A DNA stretch of 64,000 nucleotides from Iphione sp. A-MEVVRFRX5. Its lineage: Eukaryota. The stretch's first letter is position 1; every line of letters begins with the position of its first letter. The translations under genes and the position numbers were made by a program. Positions 1 to 13,251 of the stretch are shown here, piece by piece. The stretch lies in the NCBI GenBank assembly GCA_976226885.1, contig OZ320313.1:51026001-51090000 (forward strand), written 5' to 3'. The notes beneath the pieces were generated by a model. That model was not told the origin of the DNA, ran no database searches, and saw nothing but the letters and a program-made list of their open reading frames with translations.

Positions 1-3000
1 AAGCCATATAAAGCTCACCACTACCTACTTGATCATCCACGATTCATTTACTCTATCTATTGTGTACATCGGATTATGTAAATATGCAAGAAAGAATATG
101 TATCAACACAGCGAAACACATCACACAATGGAGGCTAGGGCATTCACCATCACAATAAATAGTTTCATAAAATACCGCCTTTACTCAACCAACAAACTGA
201 GCAACTGTATGTTTGGTGAGTGGAATGAGTAGCAAACACAAGACGGCCGTCAGGTTCCCCCGAAAGAAATCACACTGTAAGATGGAACCATTCACCGTAT
301 GAAAAGGGCGAAGATATGAAGGAAGATACACATGCACATGACAGCAACATGGGCGGATGCAAACACACACACACACACGCTCGCATAAAATGACGCGTGC
401 AACTGAATAAAAACAGCACTTAATACAGTTGTAAACATTTCTTCTATTTTAACGCATCAGTTTTACACTGCTGTGTTACGTAGCTAAAGAAAATCCAAAC
501 GGTTTTGTCTAGATGATGAATCATCTTATTTACGCACAGAAACCTCTGGAGGCCGGCGATAGGCATGGAGAAGTGGGAGAGCCCCCCTATGTTATCAGAG
601 GCTCTGATGACAAATGTGTCCAGCCATCCACAGTCAAGGGGTGGGGCAGTGTAAAGTATTCATGGGTGCATGTAGAGATGCATGCACGGTTGCGTACATG
701 GATTCTTGCCTAAGTGCGTGAGAGAAGTAAAAATAAAAAAAGAAAATATAGGCAAATAGTAAAGTGTCAAGCGGATGCTTTGTAGGGGGTACAGGAGAGG
801 AGAGAGAAGAAACCAATGAAAATACATACATGTCTTTAACAGGGGATACTCCTTATGAGATGGGTCTTGCAAGGCCTTTGTTGGGTGAAATAGAGGAAAA
901 GAGAGACCGAGGGGTCCAGGAATAGCACGAGGTACCGCTCTGTAAACCGGACCATCTTGGAAAGTGTGTCCCATTGATGAAGTTTTACTGTTCAATGGAC
1001 AAATACTATGGAACAGCTGGTCACAAAGATTACGAAGCCAACAAGGAAAACTTTCCAGATGGTATCAAGGAAAAATGTTGTAATTTCATCAATATCGTTA
1101 GGAGAATGTAATAATTGAGGGACATGGCGGCCTATATTGTCAACCCTCGTTATCCGACACTGAGTGGTTGCAGACATTTAGGTCAATTATATGGATACTG
1201 TCGGTGTGCGAAGTCTCATATATTTGTCAAAACTACAAAAATACTGCAAGAACTTCGGGAAATATCGGAAATACAGGCTCTGACGTTTAAAGGATCGTCG
1301 GCAAACGAGGAGTGACTGTGCAATAAATACAATCGCTGTGATTTGTTAGCATGTAATAAAGAAACCCCTCCAACATAAAAGATTAATTTGGACTGACAAG
1401 ACTCGTGATGTATATGGTAGCAAAATCAACCAATACCATATGTTGTATGATACTAGCATTAAAAAGGTGTATGCTCATGATATTGTTGGAATAGCGATGA
1501 TCTGTACAACTAAGTCAAGAGACTCAAATACATGTAGTATTAAAAAAGGCTTTCTTTAAAACCTGGTTCTGGCTGCCTCTCACTTTTCTGTGTCTGTCTA
1601 AAAACCTACCACTCACTCTCAGGAGAAAAAACACAGAGAACGACTTTTTCTAATCGTCTACATTTCTTAAAGGACAGTTTTCACCTCGTTCAACGCGAGG
1701 TTAGTTTTGTACCTCACCTCTAGAGGCGATTCTCATGTCCCCAGAAAACTAGTCGTCACCTTCGGGGGGGGAGGGGGGGCTTACACAGTGAAGGGGAGTT
1801 GGGGGCATTTAGAGTAGGTGGTAATTGAGTGTCCACCAGGTGTCGTTGTTCTCTGGGCTAATGGCAGATGTTATTGGAGAGCGTGATGCGAATAAACGCA
1901 AGCCCAGAATCCGGGTAGGAAACTTTCAAGAGGCAACAATAGCAAATGCTCTTTACTACAGTGACACAATATATTCCAGCTATTCTCACCTGACGGATGG
2001 GAAAAGTATGCTCGATCATGTCTCAATTTCAAACAGCCAACTGAAAAGTTTCACTCCCCATTCGATGAAAGGTAAATCAACGTTTTTGGAAGGACACCTA
2101 GTGAAAACCTAGTAATGCCACTACTAAAAGAACCGATAATTTTGCCGTCACCAGTAGATCGCCCTTTTATTCGTGCATTTAACAAATTTATCATACATTA
2201 CTGGATCCGGAACAATCTGCCTCTCCTCGAGTCGTCTTCCTACAGAGAATGAACTGGATAGAGGAGTCTTTAATTTTTCGTGCAGAATTCATAATATAAA
2301 GGACAGCCTTGACAGTTCAACAGGAAAGACTTGAAAATCACCTTACTCAAATAATGCCTCGGTCTTAAGGTACAGCTGATGAAGTACAGATGATGCCATA
2401 CCACAGCCCTTGGAAGAAAAACGACCACTTGTGTGCCCGAACTGCCCCGAGAAATAAGAACGCAATCAGAGGAGATCTTCTTACAAAATCAATTGGCCTT
2501 CTGTTTAATCTTCGCGAGACAATTTCCTACAGGAGATGAGGCTGAGAAGCCCGATCTTATTTGTTAATACAAAGTACACTATCATGCGCCTCACTACAAT
2601 ATTAAGCCAAAGAGGGATCCCTTGACTGTGCTGAACGGGTATCGATTAGATGAGGTATTCGAGTGGACTTCAACCTCAGCCTAATACGGCCCTACAGTCT
2701 AATGGATGTCTCCGCTGTCCCTCTACATTATACATACAGCAGACAGGTACACCAATCGACCTCATCCATTAGTCTTTGTTGCCAGATAAAGATATTTTTA
2801 ATGAAAGTCTATGTGAGAGGGCGTGCGTGATAGAGAAACACAGAAAGGCATACAGAGACAGCAAGAGATAAGAGAGAGAAAAACAGAGAAGGAGATGAGA
2901 ATTTTTTTTATCAGAAAACGAGGTAAAATCATTATTTAATAACACGACAAAAAAGCTGTCCTAAATCTAAGAGAAACGGGAAAACAGTCACACGGTGGAA

Positions 3001-3225
3001 GCGAAACTGAGAACCCTGAAAAGACGCCCAGAGACATCCTTCTTTTTGGTAGGAAAAACACTGAAATGCCACTGAGGGTCCCCAGTCGAACGAGGTTTAG
3101 TCTGTCTGAAATAAGATCTGTAATTACCAGATCACAAGCTACAAGAAACGGCAAATTTCCAGAGCTTCAAATACTGCTGGTTCAAATTCTTAAACGGCAA
3201 TTTGTCAATAGGAAGGATGAAAAAA

Positions 3226-4280
3226 AGATATCATTTTCCAGTCATGATCTGGAATAACAGTATGGAGGATCCACAAAAATTCGTCATCCACCTGAATACC
3301 ATATACCCAATGGTTAAGTTCAGAAATCTCATCAGAGGAAAGTATCTTATTGGACAAAGTACTAAAAGATAAAGATGGAACATTATATACACAAATCTAT
3401 GTAAAACCATGCTTTCAATGCTTTACATTCTGACTTGTCACAACCATCACATTACAAAAAAAGGAATACCACTTGGCCTCTCAGGTCATGCAATATTTGC
3501 CAGTACTAAAATAACACGGTCAGGATCTTCACTCTAGAAAAACATTTTATAAAAAAATGGGTATCACTCAGAGAGAGCCATCCAATTAGAGACCTTAAGA
3601 GTAAAAAAGTCAAATTCCATATGGACTAAACATGATTGAGACAGCAGATTACATCTATTAGACAGGCCAATATGGACGAGTACGCCACCAGAGTTTGTTT
3701 ACAGATTGCGGCTTTTATACTAGGGTTCTTGGTCAACTCCTTCTGCAGACCATCACTATAGATCCGACTGGTCACATCTGAAAATTTTCAGACATCCGAA
3801 ACAGTCCCACACCCAGCCCACACCAATCTCCGGTGTAGGAACACAACTACCACTACCATGGGCATACCAAGCACAGAAATTATGGGCCCGATCAGCCCAG
3901 AATGAGTGAAACTCCGTTCAGAATGTGATATCTTAAATGATTTGAATATGATCCCCTTCCAAGCACACTACTAATTCATTAATGGAGCGAAAACTGGGGG
4001 ACTATTTCTTTACAACTCTAAATCAACAAATGTTACCAGGTGACTACGCAGGAAGCATGACTACAACATTCTTTGTGTCTTTACAGGGCAGCTTTCCTGT
4101 GGCCAAACAGGCCAATCTTCGTTTTCTCAATGAAAATAAAATAGAAACCACGGCCGGAGCCCTTCTGGTTCACCAATCTGCAGCCTCTGGCTCGCCAGTA
4201 GCATGCCTAAGTGGCCCGTTGGGTTGTTCTCCGTCGACCACAAGAAAGGTGACCTGTGAGACCCGAATGGATTGTACACG
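3226..4280 (+). mobile_element. Decayed Penelope-like retroelement (RT C-terminal region, possibly GIY-YIG endonuclease remnant)
   Basis: Frameshifted peptides read RYHFPVMIWNNSMEDPQKFVIHLNTIYPMVKF (3226-), SEESILLDKVLKDKDGTLYTQIYVKP, LHSDLSQPSHYKK, GIPLG and KNGY. They follow in order the Penelope RT pattern RYxDDxFxIW...FxxxLNxxxPxIKF...FLDxxV...LxTxxYxKP...SxHP...GIP...GY. A weaker KSTNV...CGQTG...PNGLY frame at 4014-4277 resembles the GIY-YIG region. Confidence 0.6.
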
Positions 4281-6665
4281 ACTGTGCAGATTTAAAGATG
4301 TATGCATACACGCAGTGAGGTCCATTACAGGCGGAGAGGTCCTACTTCCTCGCGTGACCACAGGGCTTCCGAGAAAGTAGCGAAATTCCCTTTGAGTGTT
4401 GCACTTAGATTTGTACCTCTTTCTACTCGTCCCATTTTGTCTGGTGGTGAGATATTTTTAGAGACCAACAACAAAGACTGATATTTTCAAGTCATCTCCC
4501 TTCAAACATTATAATACAGAGCATTTTGATTACTACTAACGAGCAGAACTAACGATCGTGTATAATATAGTCTAATTAGATCTAAGGTCCTCAGTAGACG
4601 CTTGGAGATAGGCACGAGAGCAGTTACTGCACTAGATCGGGAGATAAATAACAAGGATGAATAGTGGCTGAAGTTTCATTTATACCTATCCCAGTGACAA
4701 AGAAATGCTCCTTTGTTCACATCTGGGCCAGTCTCCTAGCCGAACTCCAACGCTTGAGCCACGTTCCCCTGTAATAAGAATACCAATTCTGTGAATTAAA
4801 AATAGACGCTTACCTTAATATTAAATGTGACGTCCACGGGATTATTACATTGGTTGATGGTCGCTCGCATGTGGGCAGGATGCGTGGAGGCTACAATGAT
4901 GTCGCAGCTGGCTTCATTTTTCACGAAGCCACAAATCTCGCCTGTATAGAGAAAAGGATGAAAAAAGGGTCATATGAGATCAAAGTTATTTCATTTGAGA
5001 ATCTGATTGATGGGTATATTTTGAGGTTTTAATACTGCAGAGGAAGCCCAGTCCCACACATCCTTGTATGATCCTCAGTGAATACGAACAAAAGTACATG
5101 TATCTCAGCGGGTGTGCATAAATCTACCAACCATTTTACTCCGTAAACCTTGGTATCTATCTTAATCAATGTATTCTAGAAATCACCGCCTAAAGCAATA
5201 AGGTGAATGGGGTCTTATAAAGTGAGAACAACCTTTCAATCCACAGCACTATATGTTTCCTGGAAGACCCTAACAGAAAGTCGGGGAATAATTATGAGTT
5301 GAAATATTCAGAAGTACACTGAAAGGGAAGTTCCATACAGAATGTAAAATGAAGCAAATACACGTACATCTATGTGTTTCGTAGCTTAAACCATCGATAA
5401 TCCTGTAATGCAAATTTTGCGAGCTAGGCAAGCCGTTTTTATGCGAATCCGTAATTTCCTTTTATCCCTGATCAAGCAAGGAGTAAAGCGAAAAAGGCGT
5501 CATCAGGAGTTATACCGTGCATATTACTAAAAGTGTAAGGTGAAAAGTTTAAGCCATTTTCCATCTGGCTTCGATCGGAGTCTATTAAAACATTAACCGC
5601 AATATGGACTCCATGTTATTTTTCCCCCAATTTTGCCGGCAGCCGGGGGAACGATAATAAATATTCCATGCGGGTAGAACGTCTGCCCGTGATAAACGGT
5701 GGGGGAATGTCATTTAAACTTAGCAATCCAATTTTGCCCTATTTGCTTCCCGACAATACCTGTGATTTAGGAGAGAGACAGATGAGCATAGAGAGAGGCG
5801 GTCGGGGGAGAACAGGCGGGACGCTGGCTGCGGAAGGCAGCCGAAGGATAAGCCGAGGCAATGAGCCTCTGAAGGGATGTGCAATAGCTAGGCCCTTGAG
5901 CAGCTCAGGGCCACCATTTGGAGCTGCTCGTCATGAATTGTTAAAGAGCAGCATCTAAAATACAACGCTCATCCATCGGAGACATGCGTATGACTCTGTT
6001 TAAGCAGCAACGTGGGAATTCCTCGATGGCTAGTGTTGATGCCTACTTCATTACCTATGGCGCGCCCTTCCGTGACAGTCTACGGGGAAGCAACACGAAA
6101 AGGAGGCCTGAAGTTACAGGCCTGGTATTCAATCTCCCTTCTTGCAATGGTCAAACAGTATCTGAGGACAATCTAACACACAACACTAATAAAATTTTCT
6201 CCAAGGATTGCTTTACATGAAGGCGACCCTTGCGACTGGATATAAATTACATAAAATGTATGAAACTGGAACAAGAAGACATCCTGTACCAGAAACCAAA
6301 AGCAGTATCCCTGACAAAGGAAGCTATTAGCATATTAACAGAAAATCCATGGTTGTGCTCCTCTCCAAAATGTTTTTCATGGTGGATTTCACACAGTGCC
6401 GGAAATAAACTATAGCTCAACTTTTCCGCTTGGCAACCCCTCCCCCTGCCCCGGCATACCATCTCCATCCACCCCTTCCATTATTTCCTGTGGTCTACGT
6501 ATTGGACACTGCTCTCCCACCAGACGGCGTTGTCTCACAGGAAAGGACGTATAAGGGGACATTTTGATAAGCAGCACAAATCACATCATCTCACGAGATA
6601 CGCAGACACGCCCACCAGCGACGCAGCGTCCTTCTCATGAACGCTGTTGTCGCTGTAAATCTCCA

Positions 6666-6679
6666 GTCACCATGGTAAC
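6666..6679. promoter_or_regulatory. RFX X-box-like palindrome GTCACCATGGTAAC
   Basis: Close match to the RFX consensus GTNRCCATGGYAAC in a locally CpG-richer segment, with CCAAT and GCGCATGC motifs about 70 bp downstream. Motif match only. Confidence 0.35.
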
Positions 6680-7370
6680 CAAGATCGGCTGTCGTGTTCT
6701 GTATGGAAAGTAGGCGCCGAACAAGTTTTCCCCTGCACCCTAACCAATGCGCATGCCATGGATGTGAAGCACCGGTCGTTTGTCTTCCCGTGACAGCAAA
6801 CATAAACGTATAGTTTTGAATATTTACGAAATCCATTCCGAAGGAAAGCAACTCATCTCGTCCATTTCACACCGAGTTTTTCCTCCCCACAAACTGGGCC
6901 CACCCCTGGGAATGTCTGCAGGTAGTGTCTGTTGATCTCACCAAGTAAAGAGAGGTTAATGCTTTATTCTAACGACTGAATAAACACATAAGTTAAATCT
7001 CAAGCAGCCTTCTGGAATGACCAGGTTATTTTCCTTCTTTCCTTATTCAGACGATACAGGCATAGATACTTGATAATAATATGCTAAGATAAACATTAAT
7101 ATGACGTTCAATATACAAATGAAAAAGACGTCTAACACACTGGCAAAGTTTGAAAACTAGACAATTTAATACGGATGTCATCAATTTGTAAATCCTACGT
7201 CGGAAACATCATAACCGCTACGTACGGTGCTGGCCTGTGTGATACGCGGAGACATCTAACACAGCTTCAATAGCAGTCCGCCACGGCCATGATTCTTCCA
7301 TGCTCTCTCTCACTCTCTCCATAACATTCCTGTGATGTATGCCCTTTGATGAGATACGTGACCCCCAACG

Positions 7371-7384
7371 GTCGCCATGGTAAC
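7371..7384. promoter_or_regulatory. RFX X-box-like palindrome GTCGCCATGGTAAC
   Basis: Second near-consensus X-box, 705 bp from the first. Motif match only. Confidence 0.35.
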
Positions 7385-7890
7385 AACATGGGTTTCCAAT
7401 GACGCCATCTTTAGGAATGAAGGTCGGCGGATTGAAATGTCGGGTTCAAAACAAGCGGGTGTGGGGTTCACAGGGATGGATGTCCATGTGGGACGTACGA
7501 GCCCTGCTTGCTTGTCGTTTAAAGAAACGCGCTCCGGTAACTGAGTAACTGACTAGGCAGTAAAAGAATACCGCAAACAATGAAGGGCACCAGCAGGCAG
7601 GACTGTGGAGAAACAAGTACCGAGGGAGATAAGACAGAGGATGACATATGGACAATAACATGTGACATGGTCGTGGTACACTGTCAACATCTGGACGGCA
7701 AAAAAATGAACACTTTTGGTATATTACTCCCAACCCGCTCCCCTATACGTTTACTGTGTTTTCCTGTATGTGTTTGTCATTCTGGCCATTCCCCTCAGTA
7801 ATATCAGTTCAGTGTATGGAATTCATATTTTATAATCGGGCCACAAGTCATAATTTGTTGATTGTGTGACATACATGTACGAGTGTGTGT

Positions 7891-7934
7891 GTATGTATGT
7901 ATGTATGTATGTATGTATGTATGTATGTATGTAT
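7891..7934. repeat. (GTAT)n microsatellite, about 11 units, flanked by GT/CA repeats
   Basis: Direct reading of the sequence. Confidence 0.95.
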
Positions 7935-8018
7935 GTGTGCGAGTGTGTACACACACATACACACGCACACATACTCACACAACTGCTGCTGTACTCTCGT
8001 GAACCCACAACCCTTCAG

Positions 8019-8165
8019 TCAAAAGGAGACATGTTGGAGCCATTAGCTCTGCCCTGGTTACCTTTGGGGTTTGACCTGAACAAGACCGGGTTCCAAATGG
8101 CTCATCGGATTTGCTTGTTCTGTGAGGACGAAGATGTGTTCACTTCTATCAAAGGACTCAAGAAG
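8019..8165 (+). CDS. Possible isolated host coding exon (SKGDMLEPLALPWLPLGFDLNKTGFQMAHRICLFCEDEDVFTSIKGLKK), product unknown
   Basis: Open 147-nt phase 0/0 segment bounded by CCCTTCAG| and AAG|GTAATA. No recognised domain and no partner exons identified. Confidence 0.3.
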
Positions 8166-8336
8166 GTAATATGCTGCTCGCAAGCCAGGATGCAGTTTAG
8201 GCTTTTGTCGTTCCTGGCGGTACACATTATTCTAAAGCATTTCTTGACGCCAATAATACAACTTTCCTTTTTAGCTAACCGAGACGTTCTACTACGAAGA
8301 AATATCAAACTGATAATATGCTCAGTATGGAGATTC

Positions 8337-8372
8337 GTTTGTTTGTTTGTTTGTTTGTTTGTTTGTTTGTTT
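8337..8372. repeat. (GTTT)9 microsatellite
   Basis: Direct reading of the sequence. Confidence 0.95.
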
Positions 8373-10142
8373 ATTTAACCACATCTCAAGTAGTACATCG
8401 AGATATTAACGTAATTAGGAGTGATATCTAACTTCGTGAAGACGTTACCAAATAGCCCTGCTTTTTTAAATCTTCGAGCCAGCTGACGTAATTGCACCAT
8501 GCAGAAAACTTGAAATAACTACATTTTTCAGCGTGGTGCTTTACATGAAGATTTGTCAACAGGTGGATATTGCGACTTAAATTTAGACATCGCCTGACAT
8601 GGAGAGTTATATTTCATCATTAATGAAATGCGCCCTGGAGCAATCCGAAGGAAATTTTGACATGCCCAGAGAGAAATCCTGTTCGACACATGACAACGTC
8701 TCAACTTCAGAGAGCGTTTGGGGGCGTGCAACACAAACCCGGCCATTGAAAGGCAACGACCGAAAAAGGTCACAAACAGCCTCCAGAGGTCATCTCCGCC
8801 ATCTCAGAGTCATACACATGAACGGCAAGGTCAGCGGTCACATTTCTTGGGGTCAACGTTCGAGCCACCAATGAAACGGACACATGCCGCTGCTGTAAGT
8901 CAAATGAGCTGTCAGACACTGATCCTACCTGTGGAAATTATTGTTTGAAGAGCTTACAAGTTTAAACCACCCTCTTCGGTTCTCAATCCTTCTTTTTCCA
9001 ACTAGGGTCTCTTTATATTTGCCTCCTGATCTGTATTAAAACATACGCCTACTTGTCTGACAAATCTATGCTACTCATGAAGTTTTTTGTCGCCTGATTA
9101 CTCTAGATTGTTAACATACCTGCAAGATTAGTCAATTTCAGTGTCTGCTTTCTTTTGAGTTCCTGAAAGAATCATTGGCCATGACGACTTTTTTTATTAA
9201 CTAACATTATGGAACAACGGATGAACAGTGATTAGCATGATATCGCTCATTCTTGGGCAGGCACCGTGTAATTTACGATATACACATGGTGTTCATGGCA
9301 CGGCGCATGCGATCCTGTACCAAAGGAAATTTCTTTCTACTCTCTATCTGACCTCGATTCAACAGTCAGATCCTGTACCTGCACATGGCCTAAAGCTAAC
9401 TGATTACAAAGGACCTAATGTTCACACCTGTGCATTTAACCGACAGCAGTATAATTAGCTTCTTTTGTTTGAGGACATGCCCTTCCCTTTTATCTTTGCC
9501 TCCTCACTACTAAAAGAAAAATCGAAATTATTTATCATACAACTACAATTGTGTATGCTACAGGCACCATAGTTCGCTACCTATAATACACTTTGACAAG
9601 CACAGTGCAAATCATTCTAACATTAATGTCACAACGTTCAGTGGAGCTCAGGTGGTGACGGAAGTGAATTTAAGGAAAGTCCTCTGTCTTTTTTATACTT
9701 CATTTTTCTTGAGCTGGATGTGATATGTTGGGAATCTCTGAGCCTCTACACACGTACATCTGCGACCAATGTTGGTACTGTATTAACTGTACATGTATAT
9801 ACGTGTGTATTTGGTTATATATGTAAGCATGACTGCCTGACATGTAATTTCACGCATCGTATACATATATATATATATATCTACATGTACAATAAGACAG
9901 GGTCTCCGCTGGTTTTTAAATGCACCCCCAATTTACGTGAAGAATGGGGGCTATCAGTATGTTTGCATGCGTAGAGACATGTTCCACAGGATTTGGGAAG
10001 AGGTTCTATCTACACGTGTCCCCGTCAATTCACGTGCGGTGTACTTACAATTTGCTGGAATGTGAATTGACACTAGTTATTTTTTTTTCATGCACACACA
10101 TGCAAACCACAGAGGAGACTCAGTTAAAGACCTGATCACAGG

Positions 10143-10269
10143 GGAGACCAAACCAGGGACGAAACCAATATTTCTACGACTAAATTATCTTTTCATTCTT
10201 TAATGTGTATGCCTAATGAGACCAAACCATAGGAGGGACTAAAATTGGCCAGTCCCAGACTTGGTCTCC
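10143..10269. mobile_element. Small putative MITE with GGAGACCAA/TTGGTCTCC ends; related end at about 22943
   Basis: 9-bp inverted ends and an internal GAGACCAAACC copy. GGGGAGACCAAACCAG recurs at 22942. No convincing TSD. Confidence 0.35.
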
Positions 10270-11156
10270 TATGCGGGACTCAATTGTAGTTGTAAGTATG
10301 GTGCGAGTCGCTACAAAATGGCGGTTTTGTGAAAGTGTAAAAAAAGACAGATATGTGCACATTCTATACACTCTATGGTGTCACTTGATCGTAAGACAAT
10401 TTTCTTACCGGAGATAAAACTATGTATAAACCGTACTTCGCCATCAGAGACAGCCGTGATGGAGGAAATAATTAAGTCTACAAATGGGAGGACCAAAAGG
10501 CAAGCGGACGGACACAACCTAATTAACAGGCCAAAAATAAATTCAATCATCAGCTGTAAATGGTAGTTGTAGTTCGACCTGCACACGGCATCCCACATGT
10601 CCTCTATAGTCATTCGACAGGACGTGGATTCTGGAAAGCTCTACCCCTTCCACCCACCCACCCCGATTAGCTATGACCCTTCCTCCTCCTGTTTGCACCT
10701 GGGCCGTAAAGTACCTAATTACACTTGGCCGCCCACGGGCAGCGCGCCCGTCCCCTTGCGGCCACCCGCCCTCTGGCTGTGCTGAGTTGCACCTGCAGCT
10801 CCAGGGCAGTTCATCAGTGTTAACGTGATGGTGACAGACGATCGGACCCAATTGTCGTGGCGGGATAAAAAACGACCTGCTGCGTGCCATGTTTGGCTCA
10901 GGAACCAGTCTGTGAGCGCAAAATTTAGACGTCTTTTCGAGATTCACGAGAAAGGCGAAACAGCTTCAGACAGTGAATTTCTGCGCGAGTATACACGTAC
11001 ATGTACTATTCTGTGTTGAGCAAATTTAAGTCGATTTCTTTTGCAGTGCTTCTAAAGGTTATATCATTTGCATCGGTTCTTAGCTGTTATCGAGATGGTT
11101 CACTTTCCCGACCAGGCTCTGGCACTCTCTGTACGGGATGCTGTGACTGTCCCTTA

Positions 11157-11779
11157 GGCCGGCTTTCCATGCATACGGAGAATTTTCCGCACTGCGTGAC
11201 CCATCCGGAAATTCGGCCGAATTTTCTGTATCTCTGGACAGGTACTTTCCATGTGTGCGTGTGTGCGTGCGTGCATGCGTGTGTGCAACAGAGACAGAGG
11301 TATCAGTTGAAATTGTGAAGTTTTTTTGTGGAGTTTAAAGCAAATCATTGGAAATTGTGTGGTTTTTCATGGAGTTTGAAACAGATCGGTGGAAATTGTG
11401 CGTTTTTTCATGGAGTTTGAAGCAGATCAGTGGAAATTGTGTGGTTTTTCATGGAGTTTGAAGCAGATTGGTGGAAATTGTGTGGTTTTTATCCAAATGA
11501 TATGCAAATTAGAAAAAAATTCACAACATCTATCATGTGATAGACTATCTATCCAGCTGAAAACCACCATCTCTCTATCCTACTCATCATTTGGCTCTCC
11601 GGAGTCCGGAAAAAAGCTAAATTTATGGCCCAGGTTCGTTTTCCACCTCCGGACACGGACCACAGACCACAGACCACTGACACATGGGTGACCCTCTGTT
11701 AAAATCAATGAGTTTGTTTTTTTCCGCATTTCCGCGTACGTGCTCCGGACACATTTTCCGTATACATGGAAAGCCAGCC
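11157..11779 (+). mobile_element. PIF/Harbinger-type MITE family 1, copy A (TTA TSD, 23-bp TIR, internal 41-bp tandem array)
   Basis: TTA|GGCCGGCTTTCCATGCATACGGA ... TCCGTATACATGGAAAGCCAGCC|TTA (21/23 TIR match). Homologous copies at 35333, 35893 and 47153. Confidence 0.85.
11309..11495 (+). repeat. 41-bp tandem array (GAAATTGTGTGGTTTTTCATGGAGTTTGAAGCAGATCGGTG), about 4.5 copies, inside the MITE
   Basis: GAAATTG starts at 11309, 11351, 11392, 11433 and 11474. Confidence 0.9.
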
Positions 11780-13251
11780 TTAACTGCACTGCATGTATGG
11801 ATTTATCTACACGAAGACTATAAAGCTACCTTTACTTTTAATATCAGAGTGAAAAATACGGCAGAAATTCCAGAAGGCAGGAAGCGTCCGTGTTGTTCAC
11901 TTGTGTTATCCAAAGGATTTCATGGTTTTCATGCACATTCTAAAGTTTAAGATTACAGTAAAGCCTTGAATGTACACAATCGAACTCCACTTCCACATCA
12001 TATTTTCATAAGAAATGCTTAGCTAACCATGAACATCTAAGACAATATTACACGAAAGTGGACCTTCAAGGTCTATTGTCCCCCTCACCTCCATCACTTA
12101 TCATCACACTTGCATAATAAATCATATGCCTGAGTTCACACAGTTGACCAACACAATGCATCTCATGCAGTGTGTGTGCGTGTGACCAGAATATTTTGAA
12201 GTGCAATAATACCATCTTTAAATTACTTTAAATGAAACAGAAATGAGCCAGTAACATGTGTCCATGTGGGTGAGTATCATATCAAACTTTCAGTTCCTTT
12301 GAAAAGGTTGTGATGAAAAGGTCTAACGGCCAGACAGCCGTGATCCTATGGTACCCACTCCGCCTGGAAGTGGGGGACATTAAAATGTTATCAGGTTTTC
12401 TCGGGTTCAATACATGCGGAGACGTGCCTGACCATGCGTGTGTGTGTCGTGTACATGCTCATGCGTGTTTCTTTACATTCACTCTTATGCACAGGGGTGT
12501 CTTTCATCATCTGTGAAGCACAGTGAAGTACATAGCATGAAATGACAAGTAAAATTATGACAAATGGCAAAAACGGCAAAAATAATGAACATTTCATGGA
12601 AAATGGGCCAAAGAACAGCAAAATTGATGGAAAATAGGCCTATAACCATCAACTTACATGGAAAATGGGTCGAAAAATGGCAAAAATGTTGGGAAAAATG
12701 CTTCTGTTGCAGTGCATGGTCGGCTAGCCACTATCGCAGGTGAGGATGTAACACTATGTGCCTATCTGTATGTCCAGTCAAGCAGAACCAAAGTTTGTAA
12801 AAGAATATCGCTATGCCTCTGCAAACTCAACCACCATGTAGTTGAGCAGAAACAAGGGTTGTAAAATACTACCCCTGCCATAGGCACTTGTCATGAAATT
12901 AAATCATACCCAATTGTACACCTTTGATACAACAGGTTCGGAATGACAATTATTTAAATGTCCTTCGCCCTATAGGAGGGCGTTTAGTTAGATGCTCTCA
13001 CCCTATAGTAACTTCATCTGATACCTACTTCAGCCCTGAATTGGTTAACATCTAGATTTCAGTGAGGATTAATTTCCTTAGATGCATGTTTTCACGGCAA
13101 TTTTCCCTGACCATGATGCTGCGAACCGTTTCACCATTGTTGCCGTGCTTGAATGTGTGCTTATGGAAGAACGCGGACAGCCGGGGACTTCGGGGGCGGT
13201 CAGGCAGAACCGCTGAATACAAAGGTGTGAAGTAGCGCTAACACATAGAGG

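Noticed and set aside
4850-5320. Possible LINE RT C-terminal relic (VPHILV*SSV…, VSWKTL)
   Set aside because: The similarity is too weak to call by eye.
10543-10947. 134-aa minus-strand ORF in a GC-rich patch
   Set aside because: It has a non-ATG start and no motif, and its length is explained by local GC content.
11309-11495. Regularly spaced repeats that might suggest a CRISPR array (also 50597-50698)
   Set aside because: They are contiguous tandem units without unique spacers, in a eukaryotic context with no cas genes.
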